Assembly: GCA_948471055.1 (NCBI GenBank)
Contig: CAOKQZ010000005.1
Coordinates: 40,193-104,192, forward strand
Reading direction: 5' to 3'
Origin: an uncultured Clostridium sp.
GTDB lineage: Bacteria; Bacillota; Clostridia; TANB77; CAG-508
DNA: 64,000 nt
Shown here: positions 49,321 to 59,057 of the stretch, piece by piece
How the letters are laid out: every line of letters starts with the position of its first letter
How positions within the stretch are numbered: position 1 is the stretch's first letter
Position numbers and translations under genes: made by a program
Notes under the pieces: model-generated
What the model was told of the DNA's origin: nothing
What the model saw: only the letters and a program-made list of their open reading frames with translations
Databases searched by the model: none

Positions 49321-51739
49321 TCCTACTAACTTCCGCATACTTCTTTAGTTTCTCATAAGCAAGTGCATTTATGGTTCCGGATGGGAAGTGACCGTTTTTG
49401 TCTTTTTTTCCGGCAGGGACTCCGGTTAGTACTTCTATTCCTTCTTCAATGGAAGAAACAGCGTAGATGTGGAAGGTTCCTTTTTTGCAAGCTTCTACAA
49501 TTTCATCCGATAAGCTTAGGTTATCGATGTTTTGTACGGGTATCATGACTCCATGAGAACCGTCTAATCCTCTCATTTTGCAGATTTGGTAAAAGCCTTC
49601 TATTTTTTCATTCACACCACCAATTGGTTGAATTTCCCCTTTTTGGTTAACCGAACCAGTAACGGCAATGGATTGATTAATTGCTACACCAGATAAGCTA
49701 GAAAGTAGGGCATATAATTCGGTACTAGAGGCACTATCGCCATCGACTCCATTGTATAATTGTTCAAAACAAATACTAGCCGTTAGTGATAATGGAATAT
49801 CTTGTGCAAACATTTCCCCAATATAACCACTTAAAATATAGACACCTTTGGAGTGAGAAGAACCGGAAAGTTCTACTTCACGCTCAATATTAATAATACC
49901 AGATTTTCCTGTATAGGTATTTACTGTAATTTTGGAAGGTTTTCCAAAGGAGTAATCTCCAATCGTCATAACAGTTAATCCATTAATTTGCCCAACTTTT
50001 GCACCAGAAGTGTTAATTAATAAGGTGTTTTCACGTATCATTTCTGTATAGCGTGAATCGTATTTTTTAACACGGTCAATTCGTTCTTCTAAGGTTTTTG
50101 TAATAAAATCTGCGGTTACTACTTTAGATTTTGCTAGTTTTGTCCAAGTACAAGCTTCGGCTACAATTTCAGAAAGGTCATTAAATCGTGTGGATAACTT
50201 TTTCTTACTATTGGCAAGTTTGGAAGAGTATTCCACCATTTTTGCCACGGCACTGGCATCCAAAGGTGGTAAATCTTCTTGTTCACAAAAACCATGAATA
50301 AAACGAGCAAGTTTTAATTCATTTTCCTCATTCTTTGGTGCGTCATCTTCAAATTCTACTTTTACTTTAAATAGTTTCTTAAAATCCGAATCCATAGCAA
50401 GTAGGGTATGGTAAATATTTGAACTACCAATTAAAATTACTTTTAAATCTAGTGGAATTGGCTCCGGTTTTAAAGAAATCATTACCATAGAACTACGTTG
50501 GTCAACTGCATTTTCAATGTTTAATTCCTTAATACGTAAAGCCTTTTTTAAGGCATCATAACATAGGGCATTGGATAACAAATCTTTTGCTTGTAGCATA
50601 ATGTATCCACCATTTGCACGGTGCAAAAGTCCAGGTTGTAACATGGTATAATCGGTTTTCAAAGAGCCATAATAGTTTTCATATTCTAGCTTTCCAAATA
50701 AATTATGGTAGGAATAGTTGGAATCCATTACAACAGGAGAACCCTCTAATTCACTATTATCAATAAATAAATTAACACGATAATTAAGCCAAGGTTGTTT
50801 TGGTTCTTGACGTGGACCTGGTTGGTTTTGTACAGGTTGTGCATTTGGTTGTGGTTCCATAAATAATGGAACATTTTTTAGAATGTCTTTTTTCACATTA
50901 TCTAAAAATTTATTTACTTTTTTATTACGTTTATATTTCGATTTAATATAATTAATATGGGTATTGATGGTAAGTAAGGCTACATTGGATTGCCATTCTT
51001 CAATTTTTTTATCGGAGGCTTTCTCAATAGCTTTAATTTCAGCAATGGTTGCTAAAATTTGTTCTTGTACAATACCAGATTTACTTTCAAAATCCTTTTT
51101 AATAGCATCATCTAATTTATCAAACTCGTCTTCTTCAATCGTTTTTCCATCAATAACAGGCATCATATAAATACCATTTTGAGCAGTTTTCACTTGAAAA
51201 CCATATTTCATCGATTCTTTATTTAGTTTCTCTAATAGGGAAGAACGCTTTTGTTCAAATTCTTGTTTAATTAAGGTCTTTTCCTTTTCGAAATCTTCGT
51301 TACTAAAGGTTTTATTAATATCGGCTTTGATATCTTTAATAAAACTTTCCATGTCATCTTTAAATTCTTTTCCAAGCCCTGCGTTAAAAGAAACGGCAAT
51401 TGGCTCATTTGGATTATCGAAATTATAAATATAGCACCAATCTGAAGGTGTTTTTTCCTTTTTGGAAATTCGTTTTAAGTAATTCTTTGTGTACATGGTT
51501 TTTCCAACACCATCGGGACCTTCTAAGTATAAGTTGTATCCTTTTACATCGACACTAATTCCAAATTCTAATGCTTTAATACCACGTTCTTGTCCAATTC
51601 CCGTATCGATTGCATCAATTTCGGACGTATCTTTAAATTTAAATACATTTGGATTACAATAATCTTTTAATTGATGGTAGTTTAATTCATTTTTCTTCAT
51701 TCGTTTCTTCTCCTTTATTAATGAACGATATACATTCAT
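49316..51739 (-). CDS. Lon-like ATP-dependent protease (AAA+ plus S16 protease domain, COG1067/LonC-type); start may be 51700
   Basis: Walker A GPDGVGKTM. C-terminal Lon protease fold with catalytic Ser-Lys context (TGSVNQKGEIQPIGG, GMRGLDGSHG). Confidence 0.8.
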   Translation of the reverse strand: MNVYRSLIKEKKRMKKNELNYHQLKDYCNPNVFKFKDTSEIDAIDTGIGQERGIKALEFGISVDVKGYNLYLEGPDGVGKTMYTKNYLKRISKKEKTPSDWCYIYNFDNPNEPIAVSFNAGLGKEFKDDMESFIKDIKADINKTFSNEDFEKEKTLIKQEFEQKRSSLLEKLNKESMKYGFQVKTAQNGIYMMPVIDGKTIEEDEFDKLDDAIKKDFESKSGIVQEQILATIAEIKAIEKASDKKIEEWQSNVALLTINTHINYIKSKYKRNKKVNKFLDNVKKDILKNVPLFMEPQPNAQPVQNQPGPRQEPKQPWLNYRVNLFIDNSELEGSPVVMDSNYSYHNLFGKLEYENYYGSLKTDYTMLQPGLLHRANGGYIMLQAKDLLSNALCYDALKKALRIKELNIENAVDQRSSMVMISLKPEPIPLDLKVILIGSSNIYHTLLAMDSDFKKLFKVKVEFEDDAPKNEENELKLARFIHGFCEQEDLPPLDASAVAKMVEYSSKLANSKKKLSTRFNDLSEIVAEACTWTKLAKSKVVTADFITKTLEERIDRVKKYDSRYTEMIRENTLLINTSGAKVGQINGLTVMTIGDYSFGKPSKITVNTYTGKSGIINIEREVELSGSSHSKGVYILSGYIGEMFAQDIPLSLTASICFEQLYNGVDGDSASSTELYALLSSLSGVAINQSIAVTGSVNQKGEIQPIGGVNEKIEGFYQICKMRGLDGSHGVMIPVQNIDNLSLSDEIVEACKKGTFHIYAVSSIEEGIEVLTGVPAGKKDKNGHFPSGTINALAYEKLKKYAEVSRK

Positions 51740-51809
51740 TTTTAATTTTATTATGGATGATCTTTTGCTATTCTATACTTCATAAATCGATTTATTTCAT
51801 ATAGATGTT

Positions 51810-52052
51810 TTAAAAATAATAAGTCATAATAATAGCATTTTCCTTCAAAAATGATTTTAACACATCTTTGTAAATCATGCTACCATTTCCGACAAATAAG
51901 ACAAGTTTGTTACAAATTTTTAATGTTTTTGTAATATTATAGTATTTTAACAAAAAAATACTTGACAAATAGAAACAAATGTTTTGAAATAGTATCGAAT
52001 TGAAAGTAGGATGTGATATTAATGGAAAAAGAAAATAGTAATATTGCACCAA
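51810..52052 (-). pseudogene. diverged partial duplicate of the tsaB 3' region fused to unrelated sequence
   Basis: …ITKTLKICNKLVLFVGNGSMIYKDVLKSFLKENAIIMT aligns with tsaB residues ITEILKICNKPVLFVGNGSTIYKDMLKSSLNENAL. The DNA at 51860-51940 is about 85% identical to 53850-53935. Confidence 0.45.
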
Positions 52053-52420
52053 TTAATGAAAAAGAAAACGTAGTAACATATGAAATAGAGAATATTAGAA
52101 ATTTAATTTATACAATAAGAGGAAGGCAAGTAATGCTAGATAGCGATGTGGCAATGTTATATAAAACAGAAACGAAGAGAATAAATCAAACAGTAAAGAG
52201 AAATATTGAAAGATTTCCAGAAAAATTTTGCTTTAAACTGACACAAATAGAATTTGAAAACTTGAAGTCACAATTTGTGACTTCAAGTTTAAGGAATGAG
52301 AATTTATATGGGGGAAGAAGAAAAATACCATTAGTATTTACAGAGCAAGGAATAGCAATGCTTTCAGGATTGTTAAAGAGTGATATATCTCGAAGTTTAA
52401 TAAACAATATCCAAGTTTAA
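52013..52420 (+). CDS. ORF6N-domain (phage antirepressor-like DNA-binding) protein, apparently truncated
   Basis: IRGRQVMLDSDVAMLYKTETKRINQTVKRNIERFPEKFCFKLT matches the ORF6N/COG3646 N-terminal domain. Downstream 52440-52580 retains a C-terminal-like fragment (...YHIGASLKDLGKKCFAISKIE) in another frame. Confidence 0.5.
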   Translation: MILMEKENSNIAPINEKENVVTYEIENIRNLIYTIRGRQVMLDSDVAMLYKTETKRINQTVKRNIERFPEKFCFKLTQIEFENLKSQFVTSSLRNENLYGGRRKIPLVFTEQGIAMLSGLLKSDISRSLINNIQV

Positions 52421-52679
52421 AAATTTCATATACAAATAAATTTCATGATCGATTTATTGTGATTGATAATCAAGAATTATACCACATAGGAGCATCGTTA
52501 AAAGATTTAGGTAAGAAATGTTTTGCAATTTCTAAAATAGAAGATAGAGAGTATGTAGAGAAAATAAGTAAATTTAGTTGAAATCATAGTGAAATTATGT
52601 TAATATAATAACAATATATTTTTTATTTCTTGATTTAAAAGAAAAATAACTATTAATTATTACAACAGGAGGTAGACAT

Positions 52680-53129
52680 ATGGGATGGACTCATGACTTT
52701 ATTAACGGTTCGTACTATGAAGATGATTGGACAGGAGAAAGGATGTCAACACATGAATATTACGAAAGGCAAAGAAGAAGGGAAAACCTTCGGAAAGGAC
52801 AACACTATATTTTAATAGAAACATGTGAGGGTCAAATAAGAGGAAAGAAGACGTATTGTGATATTCGCAAATGGAACTATTATGCGGATCAAGAAGAGGC
52901 ACCAAAGGATATAGTTATTTTATCAGAAAAGGAGTATATAAAAAATGAAAAAAGAAACTCTTATTATCGCAAGTACAAAGGAGACCACTATTTATCGGTA
53001 GAAGTCGACAGTAATGTAAAATTAAAAGTTGATAAAGTAGAAGAGATTCAAGGATTTTTTATATGTACGACAAAGGGCAAAGGAACATTATATACGAAAG
53101 AAGAATTTCAAGAAAAAATTCTTCCTTAA
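52680..53129 (+). CDS. hypothetical protein
   Basis: 149 aa, RBS ACAGGAGGTAGACATATG; one in-frame CGG (NLRKG). Confidence 0.35.
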   Translation: MGWTHDFINGSYYEDDWTGERMSTHEYYERQRRRENLRKGQHYILIETCEGQIRGKKTYCDIRKWNYYADQEEAPKDIVILSEKEYIKNEKRNSYYRKYKGDHYLSVEVDSNVKLKVDKVEEIQGFFICTTKGKGTLYTKEEFQEKILP

Positions 53130-53153
53130 ATTTAATTTGTATGTAAAAGTATG

Positions 53154-53178
53154 AAAGCGGTCGCAATGCGACCGCTTT
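53154..53178 (+). terminator. rho-independent terminator
   Basis: AAAGCGGTCGC-AAT-GCGACCGCTTT. Confidence 0.6.
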
Positions 53179-53243
53179 ACCCGAAGACATTTCAATCATT
53201 GGATAATGCTTTATATTTTCTAAATTTAGTTGCTATAGAATGT

Positions 53244-53678
53244 TTAAAAAAAGCATGTCATAATAATAGCATTTTCTTTTTGCTTGTAATAATTTTTCCT
53301 TTGTCCCATTTTTTGAAAATGATGTTTTTCATATAGCAAAATTGCAGGTTTGTTGTTTTCGTTTACTTCCAAAGTAAGGCTAGGTAATTTTTTTTGTTTT
53401 GCGATTTTGATAAGATGTTCTAAAAGTTTTGTACCAATTCCTTGGTTTCGACAAGTTTTTTTTGTAACAATATTGGTAATGTGAATATCGTCAATGGCTG
53501 TCCAAATACCAGCAAAACCAACGATTTTTTCATCTTGTAAACAGACAAAATATTCGGAATGTTCATTTTGTAATTCTTGTTTGAATACGGAAACTGTCCA
53601 AAAATCGTCAAAATCGGTAAGTAGGGTATCTTGTATTTCTTCTAAATCGGAAAGTGACATGGGGCGTATGGTTAACAT
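53244..53678 (-). CDS. rimI: ribosomal-protein-alanine N-acetyltransferase (GNAT)
   Basis: GNAT motif QGIGTKLLEHLI; overlaps tsaB by 7 nt as in the tsaE-tsaB-rimI operon. Confidence 0.75.
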   Translation of the reverse strand: MLTIRPMSLSDLEEIQDTLLTDFDDFWTVSVFKQELQNEHSEYFVCLQDEKIVGFAGIWTAIDDIHITNIVTKKTCRNQGIGTKLLEHLIKIAKQKKLPSLTLEVNENNKPAILLYEKHHFQKMGQRKNYYKQKENAIIMTCFF

Positions 53679-54361
53679 TTGTTTTGTTCCTCTCTTTCTC
53701 TTTCGGCATTGGATTTTTTTAAATACATAGGTTGCAAAGCAGAATTTTCCGATTTTTTCAAAGCAGAGAACCCAGCAAGCCCAGTAGAATAAGCACTTAT
53801 GGAAGTGACCTCGTCTTGAAAAAGGGCATTTTCATTCAAAGATGATTTTAACATATCTTTGTAAATCGTGCTACCATTTCCGACAAATAAGACAGGTTTA
53901 TTACAAATTTTTAATATTTCTGTAATATTAGAAATGGTATCGGCTAAAAATTTTCCTATTTGAGTGTACATTCCGTTTTTTAATTCATAAAGAGAATAAT
54001 AAACATTATCATGTTTGGCATCGATTAAAGAGCAAATAAGCCCTTCCCTTTTAGAGGAGTAGGCAAGTGAGGTAAGAGAACTAATGCCAAGAGTTGGTTT
54101 TTTGGTAACATCCTCGAAAGCTTTTATGGTAGAGATTCCAATACGAATACCAGTAAAAGAGCCGGGTCCTTTGTCACAAACAAATAAGTCGATGTCATGA
54201 ACTGATAAGTTTGTTTGTAAAAATAAATCTCGAATAAGGGGCATTAATTTTACTGAATGCGTATTGGCATCATCGATTTGTAATTCTTTTATTAAAGTAG
54301 AGTCTTCCAAAATAGCCACTGCACATACGTTTGAAGAAGTAGTAATACTTAAAATTTTCAT
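53672..54361 (-). CDS. tsaB: tRNA threonylcarbamoyladenosine biosynthesis protein TsaB
   Basis: MKILSITTSSNVCAVAIL..., inactive Kae1/YgjD paralog pattern. Confidence 0.85.
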   Translation of the reverse strand: MKILSITTSSNVCAVAILEDSTLIKELQIDDANTHSVKLMPLIRDLFLQTNLSVHDIDLFVCDKGPGSFTGIRIGISTIKAFEDVTKKPTLGISSLTSLAYSSKREGLICSLIDAKHDNVYYSLYELKNGMYTQIGKFLADTISNITEILKICNKPVLFVGNGSTIYKDMLKSSLNENALFQDEVTSISAYSTGLAGFSALKKSENSALQPMYLKKSNAEREREEQNKC

Positions 54362-54411
54362 AATTCGTTTTTATCCTTTCCGTTTTATTAATTTTATATT
54401 CATGTTATGTA

Positions 54412-54844
54412 TTAGCATATCAAATTAAGCTTATTTAAAATGGTTTCGTACCTTTTTCCGTGAGGCTCAAAAGTTAAGGTTCGTTTGGTTTCATTTTTAA
54501 AATCACGTGTAAAGTGAATTTGTAAATATTCCTTTGGCAAAGTCTCTTTAATTTGCTCGCCCCATTCAATAAGGCAAATACCATTATCAAAATATTGCTC
54601 TCCACCAATGGCATAAAATTCATCACTAGAAGATAGGCGGTAAACATCGAAATGATAGATATTTTGATTATTGGCATGGTATTCATTTACAATGGTAAAA
54701 GTAGGACTAGAAATTTCTTCCTCAAGTCCGAAATAACTTAAAAAACCTTCGGTAAATTTGGTCTTACCAGAACCCAAATCGCCGAGATAAAACGACAATA
54801 TCGCTGTTTGTTAAGGCGCTTGCCAAGCTTTTGCCAAGTGCCAT
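54412..54844 (-). CDS. tsaE: tRNA t6A ATPase TsaE; N-terminal 20 codons join the track ORF only via +1 shift at CGG (54784..54782 on the minus strand)
   Basis: Minus-strand ATG at 54844 gives MALGKSLASALTNSDIVVLS. Then CGG and, after skipping its C, GDLGSGKTKFTEG..., the TsaE Walker A. The track ORF lacks this N-terminus. Confidence 0.8.
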
Positions 54845-54980
54845 GGTATCGCTACCGTGAATTTGAAACATATGTGTACATAATAAAACTTCCTTTTTTT
54901 CGATATTTTATACAAGTATTCTATATTATTCTAACAAAAAAGTAAATTATTATTGAAAAAAAGATGAAAAAAAACTTTCA

Positions 54981-55010
54981 AAAAGTATTGACAAACAATT
55001 CAATAACCCT
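54981..55010 (+). promoter_or_regulatory. strong sigma-A-type promoter (TTGACA-17-TATAAT) driving the tRNA cluster
   Basis: ttgacaaacaattcaataacccttataat. Confidence 0.6.
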
Positions 55011-55039
55011 TATAATTTATTAATGTCGGTGGAAGAAAT

Positions 55040-55113
<74 letters not shown>

Positions 55114-55128
55114 AAACCAACTTAACAC

Positions 55129-55205
55129 GCGCCCTTAGCTCAGTTGGTCAGAGCAACCGGCTCATAACCGGTGGGTCCAAGGTTCGAATCCTTGAGGGCG
55201 CACCA
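55129..55205 (+). tRNA. tRNA with anticodon CAU (elongator Met or lysidine-modified Ile2), CCA encoded
   Basis: Acceptor GCGCCCT/AGGGCGC, anticodon arm ACCGG-CTCATAA-CCGGT. Confidence 0.8.
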
Positions 55206-55223
55206 TAAAATAATTAAATATAT

Positions 55224-55309
55224 GGACAGGTGGCCGAGTGGCTAAAGGCGGCAGACTGTAAATCTGTTCTCATACGAGTACGAAGGTTCGAATCCTTCCC
55301 TGTCCACCA
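55224..55309 (+). tRNA. tRNA-Tyr (anticodon GUA) with long variable arm, CCA encoded
   Basis: Acceptor GGACAGG/CCTGTCC, anticodon loop ACTGTAAAT, extended variable arm. Followed by terminator hairpin ACAAGTATTTCAGTGCTTGT-T7. Confidence 0.9.
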
Positions 55310-55402
55310 ATACAAGTATTTCAGTGCTTGTATTTTTTTATGTTTTTAATCTTATTTTAAGTTTTATGGTATAATATAGAAGAAAACAAACGGAGGTGGC
55401 AT

Positions 55403-56071
55403 ATGAAAATATTACTAATAGAAGATGATGCTATTTTATCCGATACCATTAAACAATGCCTTATAAAGCAATATGATGTAGAGCAAGCCTATGATGGTGA
55501 AGAGGGAATTGCATTTGCATTAGAGAAGATATATGATTTAGTTATATTAGATATTATGATGCCAATTAAAAATGGGTATGAGGTATTAAAGGAGCTTAGA
55601 GAAAATCAGGTAGAAACACCAGTGCTTATATTAACGGCAAAAGATGCACTTCAAGATAAAGTATTGGGGTTTCGTGCGGGAGCCGATGATTATTTAGTAA
55701 AACCCTTTGAAAGAGAAGAATTACTTTTAAGAATAGAAGCCATTCTTAGAAGAAGCCATGGGTTACATAGAGAAAACAAAATTAGATATCAAGAATTGGA
55801 ATTAAATTTATCCAATCGACAAGTCATGATAGGTAATCAAGAAATCAATCTACAAGGAAAACAATTTGATATGCTAGAATACTTGTTAACCTATAAAAAT
55901 ACCATTATTACAAAAGACCAGATTTTTGATAAAATATGGGGATTTAATTCAGAAACAACGACCAATGTAGTGGAAGTGTACGCAAGTAGTATGCGAAAAG
56001 AATTAAAGAAATACGGGTATGATAAATATTTAAAAACCATTCGTGGAGTAGGATATATTTGGGTGGAGTAA
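55403..56071 (+). CDS. OmpR-family response regulator
   Basis: Receiver domain (D at DIMMP, K at LTAKD) and winged-helix output (IRGVGY). Confidence 0.85.
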   Translation: MKILLIEDDAILSDTIKQCLIKQYDVEQAYDGEEGIAFALEKIYDLVILDIMMPIKNGYEVLKELRENQVETPVLILTAKDALQDKVLGFRAGADDYLVKPFEREELLLRIEAILRRSHGLHRENKIRYQELELNLSNRQVMIGNQEINLQGKQFDMLEYLLTYKNTIITKDQIFDKIWGFNSETTTNVVEVYASSMRKELKKYGYDKYLKTIRGVGYIWVE

Positions 56072-56078
56072 AGGAAAA

Positions 56079-57384
56079 ATGATGATAGTAAATGAAGAAA
56101 AAATAATACGAAAACAATTAATAAAAAATATGTTATATAATTTTCTAATTCTTACTATAATTTTTATGCTTTTTGGAATATTGATGTTTCATACATTACA
56201 AGCATTTGTGTATGAATCTTCGAACCGAGAATTAAATTTTGTGAAAGAAAAAATGGAAGAAGGTAAAAATCCAATAATACGAAAAGGGAATGAAAAAGGA
56301 TTAGAACAACCAAAAGAGAAACGATTGGAAATGGTAGAATTGCAACTAAATCCACGTGTTATCTATGTGGTAAGAGATGAACAAGGGAATATCAAAAATA
56401 CAGATAAAATAGGAAGAATTTATGATGAATTTGGAGAAAGTATTTCCTTTGACAAAACAAAACTAAATAGCATTTATGAAATGCAAATAAATAACCGCTA
56501 CTATTACCGAGGCATAAATATAAGAACAACCAATGAATTGGGAGAAACTCAATATGTTCAGTTATTAATTAATGTGGACTCCGAAAAAATGATGATGGAC
56601 AATTACTTAAAAATATTAATGATAGGAATTGGGATTACCATTATGCTATCGCTAATTGCAAGCTATATGATATCCAAAAGAGCCTTAGAGCCAATTGTAG
56701 AAAACTGGAAAAAGCAAACCGAATTTGTACAAAATGCTTCACATGAATTACGTACACCTCTTACCATTATTCAAACAAAGCAAGAATTACTACTACAAGA
56801 ACCCAATAAAAAGATTATTGACAAATCGGAAGACATTATGCTTACTTTAAATGAAGCCAAACGATTATCAAAAATGACAAAGGATTTAATGTTACTTGCA
56901 AGAGCAGATGTAGAACAAATTGACCTTGCCAAAGAAGAGGTGGATTTGGATGAGTTTATGCAAGAAATGATAGCACCATATAAGGACTTTGCAAAAATGG
57001 AGAAAAAGAAGGTAATCTTAGACTTCAATTGGAACGAAACAATTGCTATTGATAAAAACAAAATTCATCAAGTAATGGTCATTTTGCTAGATAATGCGAT
57101 AAAATACACAAAACCAAACGATACGATTACCATTCAAACCAAACGAAAAGAAGGAAAATGTATCATCGAAGTGAGTGATACAGGAATTGGGATTTCAGAA
57201 GAGGGATTAAGACATGTATTTGAACGTTTTTACAGAGAAGATAAGGCAAGAAGTAGAAAAACAGGAGGAACCGGACTTCGGATTATCCATTGCACAATAT
57301 CTAGTTTCTCTTCATAAAGGAAGTATTAAAATAACAAGAAATGAACCAACAGGAACCATTGTTAGCATTCGATTACCAAAATAG
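56079..57384 (+). CDS. sensor histidine kinase; C-terminal ATPase G2 box/end requires +1 shift at CGG 57279-57281
   Basis: Two TM segments, H-box SHELRTPLT, N-box LLDNAIKYT. Skipping the C at 57279 gives GGTGLGLSIAQYLVSLHKGSIKITRNEPTGTIVSIRLPK*, the canonical G2 box and C-terminus. The track ORF instead ends in GGTGLRIIHCTISSFSS*. Confidence 0.8.
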
Positions 57385-57465
57385 AAATCCCCCAGCGGCT
57401 TCGCGGTAGCCCCTTTGTTAAGGGGCTTTCCTGTAAGTTATTCGAAGTTTGTATGCAATAAGTAA
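57385..57465. repeat. repeat family B copy immediately upstream of the radical SAM gene
   Basis: aaatcccccagcggcttcgcggtagcccctttgttaaggggctttcctgtaagttattcgaagtttgtatgcaata. Confidence 0.8.
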
Positions 57466-57492
57466 GTGCAAAATAATGAAAGAGGAGGAATT

Positions 57493-58389
57493 ATGTTAGA
57501 AAAGCTAAGTAATTGCAGGTTGTGCCCACATAAATGTGGGGTAAATCGATTAGAGGGGAAAAAGGGAATATGCCATTGTGATGATAAGTTAAAAATAGCT
57601 CTTGCGTCGTTACATTTTTATGAAGAACCGTGTATAAGTGGAGTTAATGGCTCAGGGACGGTGTTTTTTACAAATTGTAATTTGCAATGTAAGTATTGTC
57701 AGAATTATGAAATTAGTCAGTTACAAAAGGGAAAAGAAGTTACCATAGAGCATTTGGCGGATATTTTTGTTCGTCAGCAACAAAAGGGGGCACATAATCT
57801 TAATTTGGTAACACCAACTTCGTATGTGTACCATATTATAGAGGCACTTGATATAGCAAAAAAGAGAGGCTTATCCATTCCTGTTATTTATAATACAAAT
57901 GGCTATGAAACCGAGGAAACCATTCAAGAGTTAGAAGGATATATAGATGTGTATTTACCAGATTTAAAATATTATTCCGATGAGATTGCTAAAAAATATT
58001 CGGGTGTGGATAACTATTTTGAAATAGCAACAAAGGCAATTAGGCAGATGTATAAGCAAGTTGGAAAAGTGACATTGAATGAACAAGGAATGGTACAAAA
58101 AGGAGTTATCCTTCGTCATTTAGTATTACCAAATCATATACAAAATACCAAACACATTTTGAAATGGATAAAAGAAAATTTACCACAGAATATTTGGGTT
58201 AGTGTAATGGCACAATACTTTCCAACCTACAAAGCAAAAGAAGATGAGCTAATTAACCGAAAATTAACGAAAAAAGAATACAAACAAGTAGAACAATATT
58301 TGTATTCCTTAAACCTAGAAAATGGCTACATACAAGAATTAGGTAAGCACGAAGAAGAATACGTACCAGAATTTGATTTTAGTGAATAA
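57493..58389 (+). CDS. radical SAM protein of the PflX/COG1313 (putative PFL-activating-like) family
   Basis: CxxxCxxC as CNLQCKYCQN, plus an N-terminal Cys cluster. Start taken at MLEKLSNC after GAGGAGG. Confidence 0.65.
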   Translation: MLEKLSNCRLCPHKCGVNRLEGKKGICHCDDKLKIALASLHFYEEPCISGVNGSGTVFFTNCNLQCKYCQNYEISQLQKGKEVTIEHLADIFVRQQQKGAHNLNLVTPTSYVYHIIEALDIAKKRGLSIPVIYNTNGYETEETIQELEGYIDVYLPDLKYYSDEIAKKYSGVDNYFEIATKAIRQMYKQVGKVTLNEQGMVQKGVILRHLVLPNHIQNTKHILKWIKENLPQNIWVSVMAQYFPTYKAKEDELINRKLTKKEYKQVEQYLYSLNLENGYIQELGKHEEEYVPEFDFSE

Positions 58390-58490
58390 AAATAGAAAAA
58401 AGGAAGTAACTTTCGTAAAAAAAGTTGTTTCTTTTTTTGTTATGCAAAATTACATTATTGGTAACTATTCAGAAGCAAACAATTAGCTTT

Positions 58491-58708
58491 AAGAACCCCC
58501 AGTCACGCTCCCGCGTGCCAGCCCCCTTGTTAAAGGGGCTCTCTTGCAACGCTTTGTAAGACCAAGTAAATTTGAGTTATTAATAAATTATTATATTCTT
58601 AATATTATTTTTATCATTTTGTACTTGCGTATTGCATACAAACTTCAAAGACCTTACAGGAAAGCCCCTTTAACAAGGGGGCTGGCGCGGAGCGACTGGG
58701 GGTTCTTA
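58491..58708. mobile_element. MITE-like composite: two family-B repeat units in inverted orientation around a 70-nt AT-rich core
   Basis: 58491-58560 (aagaacccccagtcacgctcccgcgtgccagcccccttgttaaaggggct...) and 58631-58708 (...agcccctttaacaagggggctggcgcggagcgactgggggttctt) are mutual reverse complements. No ORF lies inside. Confidence 0.6.
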
Positions 58709-58799
58709 GAACATTATTTGTAGCAGCATTTATTACTGAATAATTACTTTTATTTAAGGTTGCTTTAAGGTTTGCTCTATATAATACAGTCGAGGAGGA

Positions 58800-59006
58800 A
58801 TGAAGATGAAAGAAAAAATAATTTATTTAATCTTAGGAATTCTAATAGGAGCCATTCTAACAGCAGGAGGATTTATGCTATTTTCACCAAAAGGAAAAAG
58901 ACCAAATGAAGATTTTCCAAGAGGAGCAATGGAAAATCGAATAAGAGGTGAGAGACCAGATGATATGCTACAGCCAGCAGAAAACAAAGAAGAAGCAAAT
59001 ATGTAG
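58800..59006 (+). CDS. small membrane-anchored hypothetical protein
   Basis: 68 aa, one N-terminal TM helix, RBS GAGGAGGAATGAAGATG. Confidence 0.3.
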   Translation: MKMKEKIIYLILGILIGAILTAGGFMLFSPKGKRPNEDFPRGAMENRIRGERPDDMLQPAENKEEANM

Positions 59007-59057
59007 TGTAAAGGTAACAGTACAAGAACAGTAAATCGGAAAGGAAGGAAATAAAGT

